The position numbers and the translations under genes were made by a program. A stretch of DNA of 64,000 nucleotides from Psilocybe cubensis. Taxonomy: Eukaryota. Positions 13,930 to 26,109 of the stretch are shown here, in pieces. A model generated the notes under the pieces. The model was not told the origin of the DNA. It saw nothing but the letters and a program-made list of their open reading frames with translations, and ran no database searches. Position 1 is the first letter of the stretch. Each line of letters starts with the position of its first letter. The stretch is from NCBI GenBank assembly GCA_017499595.2, contig CM039010.1:1798001-1862000 (forward strand), given 5' to 3'.

Positions 13930-14395
13930 GGCCTTGTCGCGTGTCTTGACGCGTCGTGGTGTCGCTGTTGGGCTCCAGGTGACTCAGCACAACTGACCCA
14001 GACAGATGCCACCGATAAGCTGCTATTTCCTCTTTTATGACTCCCGCGATCCAAGGGAAACTGCGAATGAAAATCGACAATCAACGAAACAATGCCGTTC
14101 AATACTCTCCTCCTCGTCCCCCAATCCCTCTCACCGTCCCTTCAGGGCAGGTCTTTCTCTCTCAAGTCACGTGCTCTCTCCGTTGACTTCAAACGTGACT
14201 ATCGTGACTCTGAGGTAACGGTAGGATCTAGAATGGAATAGAATGAAGAACATATATGTATCTAACCAATAAGTAATCTAATCAAGGGGGTACTCATCAG
14301 GAAAATAGGCAAGAAGTAAAATAGATGGTAGATATGGAAGTAATGGGCTAGATAATGTACCATTCATTAGGAAAACAGACAAGGAATAGAACAAA

Positions 14396-14760
14396 GATAA
14401 GCTAAAATCGTTCGAATGGAATCCTGCGAGATGAATGAAGTGTGTGAGTGGGAGAAAAGGAAATATTGGCAGAGAAATGAAATAAGTCCAAGTAAAGAAT
14501 GAGATATTTGTGGCGACACGAATTTTCGTATGTGTGTAGGGCTTTGGCGGCTAGTCAAAAAGTGACTGAGGAGACGGAAGTCACGTGATTGACTGAAAAA
14601 TCTGACGCAAAGTAGACGCAACAAGATGTGGCTGATTTGGAGTAAATCTGGCCACCAAAGGCCTGAGCGCTGAAGATCAAAGTTTGTGATTGGTTATAAA
14701 CTATATGTAATCCAACAAACACAAACCCCAGGAAAAGAGTGGTCCAGACTGGATAGGACA
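14396..14760 (-). mobile_element. Remnant homologous to the 3' non-coding end of the YR-retroelement at 21767-22100
   Basis: Shares collinear blocks with 21767-22050: gataagctaa..gttcgaa, tagggctttggcggc.agtcaaa, aagtcacgtgattgactga and ggccaccaaaggcctgagcg. Confidence 0.65.
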
Positions 14761-16310
14761 AAACCTTCTCCTAAGTTTCTTAAGGGAGGACGCTGCCTAG
14801 GATTTAAGTAGATTAGGATGGTGTGGATTGTGAAGGGTAACGGAAGCAAAATGGTAAGAAGAGGATAACCGGGTCGTCTGGGTACGATGGTAAATAAGCC
14901 TTCCGAAAATAGGATAGAACCATAAAATTAGATGGCGGGTGTATATGGAAAGCGTAAAGAAGATGCGTAGAATGCGTATGAGAAATCAATAAATGTGAAT
15001 CTTAGAGGGGTGGTCGGAAGTGAGTGGGGAACGTTTCAAGGGGAAATGAGGAGATGACTGGGAGTTGGAATATTGTTGAAGGGCTGAATCTTGGAGATGG
15101 TGAAAGTGTCCTTAAATTGACAATCTTTCTGATGCTTGGAATAAAGCTATACGTTGCGGGAGTATTGACTAAATCGAGAATGAAAGACTAAGTCTGTCTC
15201 GAATGAAATCACTCCAGATGAGTTGACGGAGGGAAAGGATGTCTTGGATCCACTCCTAACGGCGATGGTTGGAAGGAGTAGAAGGAGTAGGAGCGGTGAT
15301 GGATTGGATGGGGGAGAGGAAGTAGGGAGTACTGGATGTCTGGATAGAAGTTGGATGATTCAATGCTAGGAAGAAGAGGCATTGGAGGAAAAGAAGGACT
15401 GGTCTCGGATGAAATCCTCTCTCAATGGAAAGCAAGATGACTTCGGATGAATGGAAGTAAACTTGGTCTCAATGGAGGGTGGAACTGATGACTGGATTGG
15501 ACTTGGGTTTGGGCTTGGCTTGAACTTGAGCTTGGAATTGAAATGAATTGATGTGGATTGACTTGAAATTGACTTGACTTGGATGAAAATTGACTTGCTT
15601 TGAAGAAAGTGGGGACTGGGTGTAACTTTCCTGTCATTTTGTGTAATTCTACTACAGCTTTTATACTAAAAAGCTACGTGAACAAAATACCAATCTGAGC
15701 TACTGAAAACCGAGTCATATACTGTACAAAGTGTCAAGAATGAGGCTACGCAAGTGTAACAATAAGCAAGAACAATAAGACATGTCAATATCAACACGAC
15801 GACAGATAAGAAATGAATAGGATGAGTAAGAAAGAAGTGCATGACAAAGGTGAATGGTAATACAGATTAGATAAAAGAAGCAAGGATGAGTCAGAAAGCA
15901 TAGAAGATTGGCAAGACAAAGACAATAAAAGCGCAATAGACAATAGAAAAGATATAAATAAACACAAAAGGATGAGTAAGACAAACCAAAAATAAGATAA
16001 GATGAGTAATCTGCAGTCTGACGCTGAGTAAGACCATTGAGTTGATAAAAATAGAGTTGACAGTCCGGCTGTGCAAGGCAGTGTAGAAAGCTGTGCAGTT
16101 TGATGGTTGACTGATCCGTCGCATAGCCTTGATGATCCGACAGAATGACATGATCCGGAATAACGTGGCTCCCATGTGACGAGTATTGATAAGATAAGAT
16201 GAGTGGATGACTTATGGAAAGAATGACTGCTTGGGTTGAGGGCATCGTGTGTAGATCCAAAATGAAAATCTCATCTCCAATCAGGATTGGGGTATGATAA
16301 CGGCAAGACA
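14761..16310 (-). mobile_element. Probable 5' part of an LTR retroelement (LTR about 16310-15732, then a degenerate ORF from the ATG at 15637) that interrupts the Copia RT
   Basis: The minus strand begins TGTCTTG at 16310, exactly where the Copia RT frame is cut, and has a possible ..TGACA end at 15732. The sequence is pyrimidine-rich and LTR-like. No diagnostic protein motif was seen. Confidence 0.4.
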
Positions 16311-17544
16311 AAAAAGCCTTCTATCTTTCTCAAACTGCTCTTATTGACAAAATCATTGCATCCTTTGGACAGGCCGATTCTCATCCCGTCTCTGTCCCCA
16401 TGGACCCAGGACTGAAACTTAGACAACCAGATCGATCCAAAATGTCCTGGAAAGATAAAGATCGCCTCGCAAAATTCCCATATCGATCCCTAGTCGGATG
16501 CCTTATCTACCTAACCGTTAGAACCCGCCCAGATATCTTATATGCCGTACAGCAATTGTCACAGTTCCTTGACGCATTCTCATATGCTCACTGGAATGCT
16601 GCAATACGCGTAGTCCGTTCCCTCAAGGGAACACAAAATTTGAAACTTAAGCTCAGAGGCAACAAAATCGACCTTATTGGATTCACCGACTCAGATTGGG
16701 CCAATTGCCTTGACACTCGTTGAAGCGTTGGCGGATATGGATTCTCACTGGAATCTGGTCTTGTATCTTGGTCAGCACGCAAACAAGCAACAGTAGCAAC
16801 ATCCTCCACAGAGGCTGAGTATGGCGCTGCCTTTAAAGCATCTAAGGAAGCAATTTGGATGTGTACCCTGCTGACAGAGATAAAATTCTCTCCATCTAAA
16901 GCTACCCCACTACTGTGCGATAACAACTCCGCGATTATACTTTCCGATGATCCCTCACACCATAACCGATCCAAATACTTCAACATTAAACACCATTTTC
17001 TTCGAGAACGCGTACAGAGCGGAGAAATACGCACAGCATATATCAACACAAAAGACAACGCAGCAAATATTTTCACCAAGGCACTCCATCCACAGCAATT
17101 CCTTCGGCTTCACAACATGATAGGTCTCTCTTAAAATTACCCCTTTCTTTCTCTTCTTTCTTATTCTTCTTCAATTATTTTACACCACGATTCCGTTCAA
17201 GATGGAGTACACATCTTATGGTGAGGAGGAGTGTTGATTTCCACCTAACGTGACTCCCCTCAATGTTTGACGTCATGTAACAAACACACCCTTTTCCACT
17301 GTAGATACAAAGCACCTTTATTACATTACATCATATATACAGGGTACGGAAGCTACCCAACACCTCAGTCCAATTATTCGTGACTGAGGTAAGCCCTTTT
17401 TCTATTGACTTAGTTAACTATTTTACTTACTGTACCTAGTCGTGGCATTGCCACTTTACCTTAGGTACAGATCATCTAATAAAGTCCAATTATTTGTGAC
17501 TGAGTCGTGGCATTGCTACTTTATCTTAGGTCTGGATTTCTACA
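16311..17544 (+). mobile_element. Ty1/Copia 3' fragment (family A): RT end, RNase H, PPT and 3' LTR
   Basis: Motifs YRSLVGCLIYL..TRPDI, GFTDSDWA, SWSARKQATVATSSTEAEY, LCDNNSAI and RSKYFNIKHHFLRE. An internal TGA lies at 16721. The PPT gaggaggag is followed by TGTTGA at 17232. Confidence 0.92.
17232..17544 (+). repeat. Copia family A LTR (TGTTGA..TCTACA) with an internal hairpin, introns and a spliced duplicate
   Basis: Follows the PPT and has TG..CA ends. The internal duplication is described in the findings. Confidence 0.85.
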
Positions 17545-17752
17545 TATTATAAAGGAAGGTTAAAGAATAAAGGTGACATCATATAGAAAAAGGATGAGTA
17601 AGACTAGAAATCATATAGAATTTACTAGAAAGAAGTGGAGCAAGAAGGCTATGATAAAAGAAATAAACTATCTAATCAGATAATTGATAAGATAATGAAA
17701 GGATACAATAAATCTGTGAAGATAAAGAAGGAAAACTGGGGAAACCCTGACA
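17545..17752. repeat. Partial copy of the LTR at 32185-32626, truncated on the left by the Copia A insertion
   Basis: About 200 bp closely similar to 32419-32626 and ending in CCCTGACA. Confidence 0.85.
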
Positions 17753-19249
17753 GTTATAAAGAGTCATATAAACTTCTGGATAAACAATAAAAAAACATTC
17801 AGGGGGAAGATTTAACAACACTGTCATATTTGTGTAGGTTTCCAAGATATTGAGGGCATCAAAATATGGATTGCCAAACTTTGTTCTCATCTTATTTCTA
17901 AGAGACTCATCTACACAAAATACATGTCAGATTTCAGTAGAAAATCTTGCTGTTATATGTACTAGAGATGTGAGCATTAGCAAAGACAAAATTTAATTGA
18001 TTGGCAGTGAAAGCAAAATTGCCAGCATTTCCAATGCATAGAATGTTCAATAGTTTATTGTTGAGAAATATTATATCTGATACTTTGGAAGGGCTTATTT
18101 TCAGCAAAGGTATAGCCAATTGAGAAAATATTTAATACAAGAAAACTAAGCAATGATACAAGCACAAATTTAGAAGCACTTATACATAGTAGGTTTGACT
18201 GTACATCCAAAGTATCCAAATTAACTTTAGATATCTTGTAATTGATGTCAAATAAATAGATCATTGTCTATCTTTGGTGGGTGGCGCCCAATTGAATGCA
18301 TCATCATATCTTTGAGTTGAATTTTCACATAGACAATATTTGAATTTTGCATCAGCAAAAAAGACCAAGTCTCCAAATGCCTTATCAAAGGCATTTGGAG
18401 ACAATCAAATGCCTTAAGACCCAAATGGCCTTTTAAATTGACTAATTAGAAACTTGGAATTTTGAAATGCTATAAATTATTTCATAAACCCAAAGTATGA
18501 GCTAGATTTAAATTTAATCAAATTATTTGGGTAAAATTTAGGAGATCCAAAAACATTTGAATAACATTTATGTTGCATTTGAGAGCCTCAAAAACATTTA
18601 AAATTCACCCAATATTGACACAATGATATATTTTATATATTTCTACTCCTGGCAGCCACTTTAGATATTTACACAATAAGATGTAGAAATTCAATGAAAA
18701 ATATTATTGAAATAATTTAAAACAATAGAGGCTACATAGAAATGACTAAGAAAAAACAGATTTAAATTTATTAGTTACAATTTGGGAACTAGAAAAATGT
18801 TACGGAATCATATGATTGAATTGATGCGCAAAAAAGATTTACACTAGTTGATGAGTCACGGTTAAGTAAAATTAAATGTATGTACATATACATACCATGT
18901 CACAAAAAGGCAAGATGTCTTGTAAGGAAATGACATTGTGATCTGTCCTTAGTGCCATTGCAAGGCATCTTATGATTGGTAGTCCTGACATGTTGATCTC
19001 AATGGCAAAACTGTGATTAATGTTGGCACTTGCAATATTATGCAAACCAATTGTGAGATTGTGATGGCCTTGTAAGGCCATTACAATCTCATGATGTCAC
19101 TTATAGATTACAAGCTATCAACTGAATCAACCATTCCTGTGTTTTCTTCCCTTCCCACTATCTTACGCATACGTTAGCACATCAATAGCACCAACTAGAA
19201 CAAAAAAAAGCACTTGGAAAGCATTAGAGATCACTTGTTGCTTGTACTA

Positions 19250-21760
19250 TAGCAAGGAAATTAGTTGACATGGGGTTACAGAGCATCAACGTTCTACAGC
19301 ATGCATTGCTGCTTGTTGTGGATGTAGAAGAGATTCTGATAGTAGAGACAAAGAAACTGCAGAAAATAGAGCATATAAGCAACTATTAAGGTCATATAGT
19401 GGATCTGGTTAGTCATATAGTCTTTATTTTTGAAGTAAAGGCTCACATCTCAATGATCTGTTATGATTTATCTAAAGAGAATGTCTTCTGTTTTAAGTCA
19501 ACCACAGTCAAATTCTTACAGGAATTATCAATGGATAACAGTTAGTTTCTTTTAATATATTTATGCACTTTTGTTCCACTTATGATTCAAATTTTATTAG
19601 TTGACTTGCCCAGATACAGTAGCAACATTAGTAGAGAACACAATATTGAGAAGGCAGCAGCTGATACATTTGCAAGCATGGTAAATGGTAATACTAATTC
19701 AAATTATATTATAGCATATCTGTCATTCTTGACAAAATATTTGTATTAGATAACTATAATGACAATCAAGATATTGGTGCATAAAACAATGATATTAAGA
19801 TTGAGTATCATTCAAAATCACATTGTCTGCAAGAGACCTTTCATTTTGAAAATTACAGTCCATCATTGGCTGCTAGACCAGACAATCTACCGGATCTAGC
19901 ACCTTGAAAGCCATTCCATATCCAATTAGACTTTGAGTTTGCAGAGTTTATGCTAAATGCTCATCTTAATGAACCTCAATTAGAATGGTTGATATTGCTA
20001 ATTTACCAGTCAATTAATAATCTTCAAACATTTACACTGAAAAACAAAACAGATTTGAAGGCATGTTGGGATCATGCAAGATCTCTGAAGGCATTGGGAG
20101 TATGTAACTTATTTTAAATTGATCATTATGCAGATAGCTAACAACTCAAATGGAGAAACAATTTTCTACCAAAACCATAAAGATTCCATAAAAAAAAAGA
20201 GAACATTGAGTTTGATGTAATATTCTGACCAATATGGAAGTAGTGCTTAGATTTGCTAAATAACCTTGCACTTGTGAATTTATTTAAATGGGATGCTAAA
20301 CATTACTTTAAGTATGACTTGAATGCTACAAAATGGAAGAGATTTATTGATGAACTATGGACCAGTAATGCATGATGGGAGGCTCAAGTGTGTTGTAATT
20401 ATACTATAAATTTGTTCTAGCATTTATATACTACTAATCTAGTCTTCCTGAAGGGGCGGGACTATTGTGCATTATTCTATATGCCAATAAAACTCAATTA
20501 TTATCTTTTGGCATCCAAAAAGGCTATTCAGTGATGGCATAATGCAGAAATTTGCAGATTGATCTACACAATGGTGAAGGTGTGGGTGGTGGTCAAATAG
20601 TAGGGTTTTTGCCTATTGTAAGAGTAAATTTGTGTGTTTATATATTATTTTCTAATTATGCCTTGTAATATTTAGGTTGATGAAGATGTGAAAGAAATAG
20701 AAAAGATGAGATTTATTAATTTCAAGTGTGTTGTTTGGTACCAATCATTTTACAAAATTATAGCAAGCCTTGAAGATCATGCAAAGACTGGTTTTTTCTT
20801 TGCAAAGAATGGAATTTATCAGTAGATATATCCATTTATATTGATTCCTTCAGCTGATTATGAGGAACAATAAGCTAAAATTTGCAATATTTTGTTAAAA
20901 GTCTATCTAATTGTGAAATAATAACAGATTTGCTATGTCTTTAATCCATGGAACTAATAGCCTTTATCCATGCCCAAAATGTCTTTTACCAAATGAAGAG
21001 TTGGCCAATTTGACAAAGCATTATTCTTTGCACTCAACTGAAGAAATGGAAGAGATATACAGTAATACACTGGATATGAATGCCACGGATTGTAAAGGCC
21101 TTCTGAAAAGTTATAGATTATGCAAAGTTGAGGTTAGCATATACACTACCCTTCTAATGTTTTCTAATATTTAATCAAAGTTTGCAGAATGTGTTCTGGA
21201 GTATACATGGATTATATTTTATAATAACCATGGCAGATTTTTCTCTGATCATTTGTAGGAGGAATTTAAGGAGATAATTAATAATCTTGGAAAGAAAACA
21301 GCAGGATTATTTAATACTAAGTAAAAGCAAACTTTGCAGCTGTTTACAGTAGTATTAAAGCTACTAGTACATCTAGAATTAATCAAATACCTCAATGGCG
21401 GGGTTTCAATTATTTTAACGGACTTTTGAAGGCAGCTGGAAAATTTACAGATAGAACAAAATATGAAAATATATCAAAGGTTTGTCTTCTACTTCTGTTT
21501 TTTATTATACCACCAAATAATATACAACCTTGTCTATTTTTTCAACAGATTACAATCTTTGCTGCTCATAGCATTTTAATTTTGGATGTATTACAACAGA
21601 GATATGATCTTCTTGAGCTAATGCAAAGCTACCTTGAGCTCAATATATATGCTTCTTTGACCGTTTATACGGATAATACATTAGATGCAGGAGAATTAGA
21701 GTTACAAATATTTTCAAAGCTACTTTTGGTATGTATTTAAAGTATTTGTTGGGTACAGAA
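19250..21760 (+). pseudogene. Plavaka-type transposase, degenerate 5' part with introns
   Basis: Decayed motifs RFIDELWT.NA*WEAQ, ILYA(N)KTQL.SFG.QKGY, SADYEEQ, SLYPCPKCLLP and FTD.TKYENISK. Many TGG-to-TAG/TGA stops. Confidence 0.8.
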
Positions 21761-22327
21761 TCTTATGATAAGCTAATAGCGTTCGAACGGATTTCTGAAA
21801 GATAGAATGATAAATGAGTATGTGTGAAATATGAGAGCGAGGAAGATTGGAAGTTTTGATCTGAGGTTGTAAGAGTTAGAAATACGTGGTGACACGATTT
21901 CCGTGGGTGCGTAGGGCTTTGGCGGCGAGTCAAAGAGTGACAAAAAACAGGAAAGTCACGTGATTGACTGAGGGAAGAGACGCGATGCAAACACGACAAG
22001 ATTGGACTAGTTTGGATAGGAATTGGGCCACCAAAGGCCTGAGCGTTTGGGTCTAAAACACGCGGGAAGCCAAAACAAGAGTCCCAAAGTGGCTGTACCA
22101 CTAGGAGCGAGAGCTCACAACCGACACAAAGGGATCTGAAACGGAATCACAACGTGAGACCCAGATAGAGCTTGAGAGACGAGCATTCCAACAATAAACG
22201 TGTAGCAAAAGTATATTGTGTATGTAAGAGTCCTTGACAGTTAACTTTACAAGTGCATTGTGAGTGAGTAATGGGTACAAGGCAAATAATGAGCATGAAA
22301 GTGCATGAGAAAAGAATGAGCAAATAA

Positions 22328-23616
22328 TCAGAGATCTAATGAAGCAGCATTGGCGAGAGTAGACTTAGAGATATTGCAACGGATACAAAACTGGTCCATA
22401 GCAGAGGAAATATTATTGAGGTCAGAGGCGGAATAAGCTGAGGCTGTAGCAAGGGGAATAATTTCTGCAAAACGGCGCCAATATAAAAAAAAAGCTAATG
22501 AAGTCCAACCGCCAGTAGCGGCAACAATCTGATAGAGTAGTTAGCGAAAAGATATAGCGGATAAAAAAGGAAGAAACCTCGGGCGGAACACCAGCAAGCA
22601 AAAGAGCCACAGCTCCACCAATGCGAAAAGAGTGTCCAGAAATATAGGCTAGATCAGTTTTGTCCCAGATAGCCCTGATAAAGTCAAGAAAGACATGTTG
22701 GAATATGCTGGTCCAGCGTCCATCTGCTGAAAGATAGCCAAAGATGGAGACAGAGTTTGGAGGCGGATTATTATTAACTTGGATATGGTTAAGAAGGGCG
22801 GCAACGGGACAGAGGGCATCACAACGAGCAGTAAGAATGACATCGGCACCATCCTCTAATGTAGTCTTTGTCCAGGGTATGTGAAAACTGGCCGATCTCA
22901 GTGTGCCATCTGAAGTTCGATGAAAATGGATGCAATCCGGAGCGGCTGTAGCATTGGAGGAGAGAGAAAAAGAAGCTTGAGACTTCACTGTAGTCTCCCC
23001 AAGGTGACGACAGCCAAAGAATGTAGTAAGAGCACATGCCCAAACTGCAGCGTCAAAGGACTTAGTAATGTCTAGATGACGGTGTAGTTCAAAAAGGTGC
23101 TCAATTGAAACTGGGGCCCTGGAAGAACGCTTGAGGTGGGCTCCCGCCCTACTTGCCGATTTTTGAGCTACGTAGGTTGAGCCACTCGTGATCGCTATTC
23201 CATCGAGCGCCTTTGTTAATATGCCAAGCACGTACACTGGACAACCAAGATTTCATAGTGTTACCAGAAACTTGCCCCAAGCGCCATTAGACAAAGGCGG
23301 TGAGAGTGACAACAGAGGCAGGCATGCGAGAGACTTTATCTATTCCCATCTCATTGCAGAATTCATTGAAACGCTTGATTCCGGCACCGTAAGTTTTTTT
23401 GGTATTCTCGGAAAGTGCATTGGCGAGCAGGTGATAAGCGAGATCGATGACTTTGTTTGGATGGGAGATAGACAAGGCCGCTTTGAGATTAGTGTCGAAT
23501 GGGGTGGACCATGCAGACAGACAATCTGCTGCTGGGACATTAGGACAATAATGGCATGCAGATTTAGGGGGGCAGACAAAATGGAATGACGCTTGGGAAG
23601 CAGAGAATGGGGGCAA
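22328..23616 (-). pseudogene. Tyrosine recombinase of the YR-retroelement (frameshift near 23290; predicted intron 22529-22577)
   Basis: Motifs NTKKTYGAGIKRF, FFGCRHLGE, HIPWTKT, LCPVAAL and GHSFRIGGA. After splicing the sequence reads GVPPEIVAATGGWTSLAFFLYWR, which includes the catalytic W/Y region. Confidence 0.88.
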
Positions 23617-23958
23617 GGAAGAGGGAGCAGGGGTCGTGAATGATTCTGTATTCTAGGAAGAGAAATGTTTGAAGAATGACTGCAAGAATAAGAAGAAGAA
23701 AAAGAAATTGCATAAGGAACAGTAGACGACTTGAGAGACTTATCTATAAAAGGAGCTAAACGTGAATCTTTAGACGGCTGAAATGATTTGGAAGAAAGGA
23801 AATTTTTTGAATGCAAAGCGGAAAAATTGGAAGAAGAAGATTCAGAAGATGAGGAGGTTTTTTGAGGGGGGATGTGTGATGGCAACGTGTGGCGCAGAAG
23901 GGAAGGCAGGTCAACCCGCTCCCCACACATGAAGCATCTGCCTTCGACCCAAGGCTGA

Positions 23959-26000
23959 TCATGCAAACAAATCATTTGGTTCAAAAACATCGTAAAGTTT
24001 GCATGACAATACAAACTTTGTGGTGATTTTGGAACCCAGAGGACTGCTCACACCGCGCGATAGAGGGTCAGCTGGGTTTTGCTCCAAGGGTACGTAGATG
24101 AGTTCGGGTGTAACAAAGATGGATAAGAGGACTGTGCAGGAGCGACGTATGGAGTAGTTAAGGTGGTAGTTTGCACTGCGTCCTTTGCCAAGCGCGCCAA
24201 TCGTGCCTTGGTTATGAGAGTAAAAGGTAAGGCGGGAATTAGTAATGCCCATGGCTTCGATAAAATAAACCGCGAGCTCGATGGCGACTGTTTCAAGCCA
24301 GCAAATGTCCCTTTTCTTCTTTTTCCAAGTACTGGCAAGCTGAAAAGCAGCCCATCTGCCATCGATTACTATACCAATACCCCAGGAAGTGCTTGCATCT
24401 ACATAGATTCCCATATCTATAGGAGAACCTTGATGCATGAGCTTGCGTGTCACGTCTGGGACGGCGAGTGTGGAGAGCCACCACTTTAGATCTGTTATTA
24501 TAGAATGGGGTGGATAGCGGCAAGCAAAAGGATCATTGTTGAACAAAGAGGCAAAATTGGATAGCAACGGAAGATGAGAACGTCCCAGAGGGTGAACAAA
24601 AGAAATGTAGCATAAGGATCCATGCAATTTTTCGATGTCTTTGAGGCTGCATTGGGAATTGGTAAAATTAATCAAAAAGGTGTCGACTCGAGAAAGAAAT
24701 TTAAGGCGCTTGGCCTCGGGAAGAGAGACAGTCCAATTTGCTAGATTCCAGAGTAAGCCAATGAAGATTGTGGATGAAGAAAAGACTCGAGTGCCCTTAG
24801 TGGGGTGCCAGGGTACATGCAAGCTACTGATATGACCCATCATGGTGTCCCAATCATAGTCGTATCGGTATTTCCCATCAAAGAAAGGACTATTTGAGGA
24901 AGGGATGCGAAAGATACTAATGTCATCTTCGTACTTGGGAATAGGAAGGATGCCAGAGGCAATCCAAATGTCGACAAGCGCATTTGCGATCATGCCAGCA
25001 TTGCTGCTAGCAGACGCAGCGCCAAAAGGGTGAACATGATTGATGAAGAATTCATCCTCTGTCAGGCCTTGAACTACCAACCACGGTTTGTGGTCAGGGA
25101 GAACAGGGCAAGTACGATGAAAACCTTTGATGTTGGCAGTAACGGCCTGAGCACCATCGGGAAGTGAAGCAACCTGAGGTAGGGAATGAGAATGATTGAA
25201 ATAAATGAGAATGGGAGTGAAGAATGAGGCAAAAGCCTTTGAAGAAGGGGACGCGCACCCAAGCGGAGGAGTGTCATAGGATAGACGGGGGACGGCCGCC
25301 CCTGGGCGAATGAAGAGGGTGGACAAAAGTCCGGAACCAAAGTTCAAGGAGAATGACCCATTGTGATGTACACAACCACCAGCCAGAGTGGGCTCAAAAA
25401 AAGCTGGAAAGAAAGGAAGGCCGTATTGAAGACTCACCATGGAAGCCACACGATTGGCATAGTCAAAGCGAGTGGGAAAGTCTGACTTCCGAATGAACTG
25501 ATTGACCGATGGGGCGGACTTGGATGCTTTGGAGAGGTGGCGGCAAACTCGGATCTTGTTAGGTTCGCCTGGAGCTTGCGGCTGGACAACAACTAGAAGA
25601 GGTGATGCATGGATTTCACCTCTGCATATCTTCTTGCATTCTTCAAGAGTCCTGACATGCAGCCAGCCTTGACTTCATCTTGAATATATTCATTAACGGC
25701 ATCAGGATGGTCATAGCAGGAGGGATGGTTATTGAAAATTGTGGATTGAATGAGAGAGGGCATGGGCCCAAGAGGAAAGCCATGGCAAAGATTGTGAACA
25801 AGAAGCGGATAGGCAGAAGAAAGATCAAACTTTTGAAGTAATGTCTCAAAAGCGGAAGCCACATAGGGAGTAATAACACGAAAAAAAATATTAGGAAAGA
25901 CATGAAGCAAAGGGGAAAAAGATGGACGGTGAGCAATAAAAGCAGTAAAGTCAGGATAGAGAAGGCGAATGGGTCTGTCAAAAGTAAAAGGCTTAGGAGG
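23959..26000 (-). pseudogene. RT-RNase H of the YR-retroelement (frameshifted, with a predicted intron at 25174-25437)
   Basis: Motifs YIQDEVKAG, FHRTCPVLPDHKPWLVVQG, HPFGAASASSNAG, KYEDD (RT catalytic), YVDASTSWGIG, LETVAIEL and NPADPLSRG. Confidence 0.85.
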
Positions 26001-26109
26001 GTCTGGGACGGCAGACAAAAGAGAAGGCGTGGTGGGATTTGGAACCGCAGAAGGAACAGAGATGGCTGCGTGTTGAACCGTGGGAGTATGGGTAGGTGTT
26101 GCCAGCACC

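Noticed and set aside
15715-16311. 198-aa hydrophobic ORF
   Set aside because: It derives from T-rich LTR-like sequence and has no protein features.
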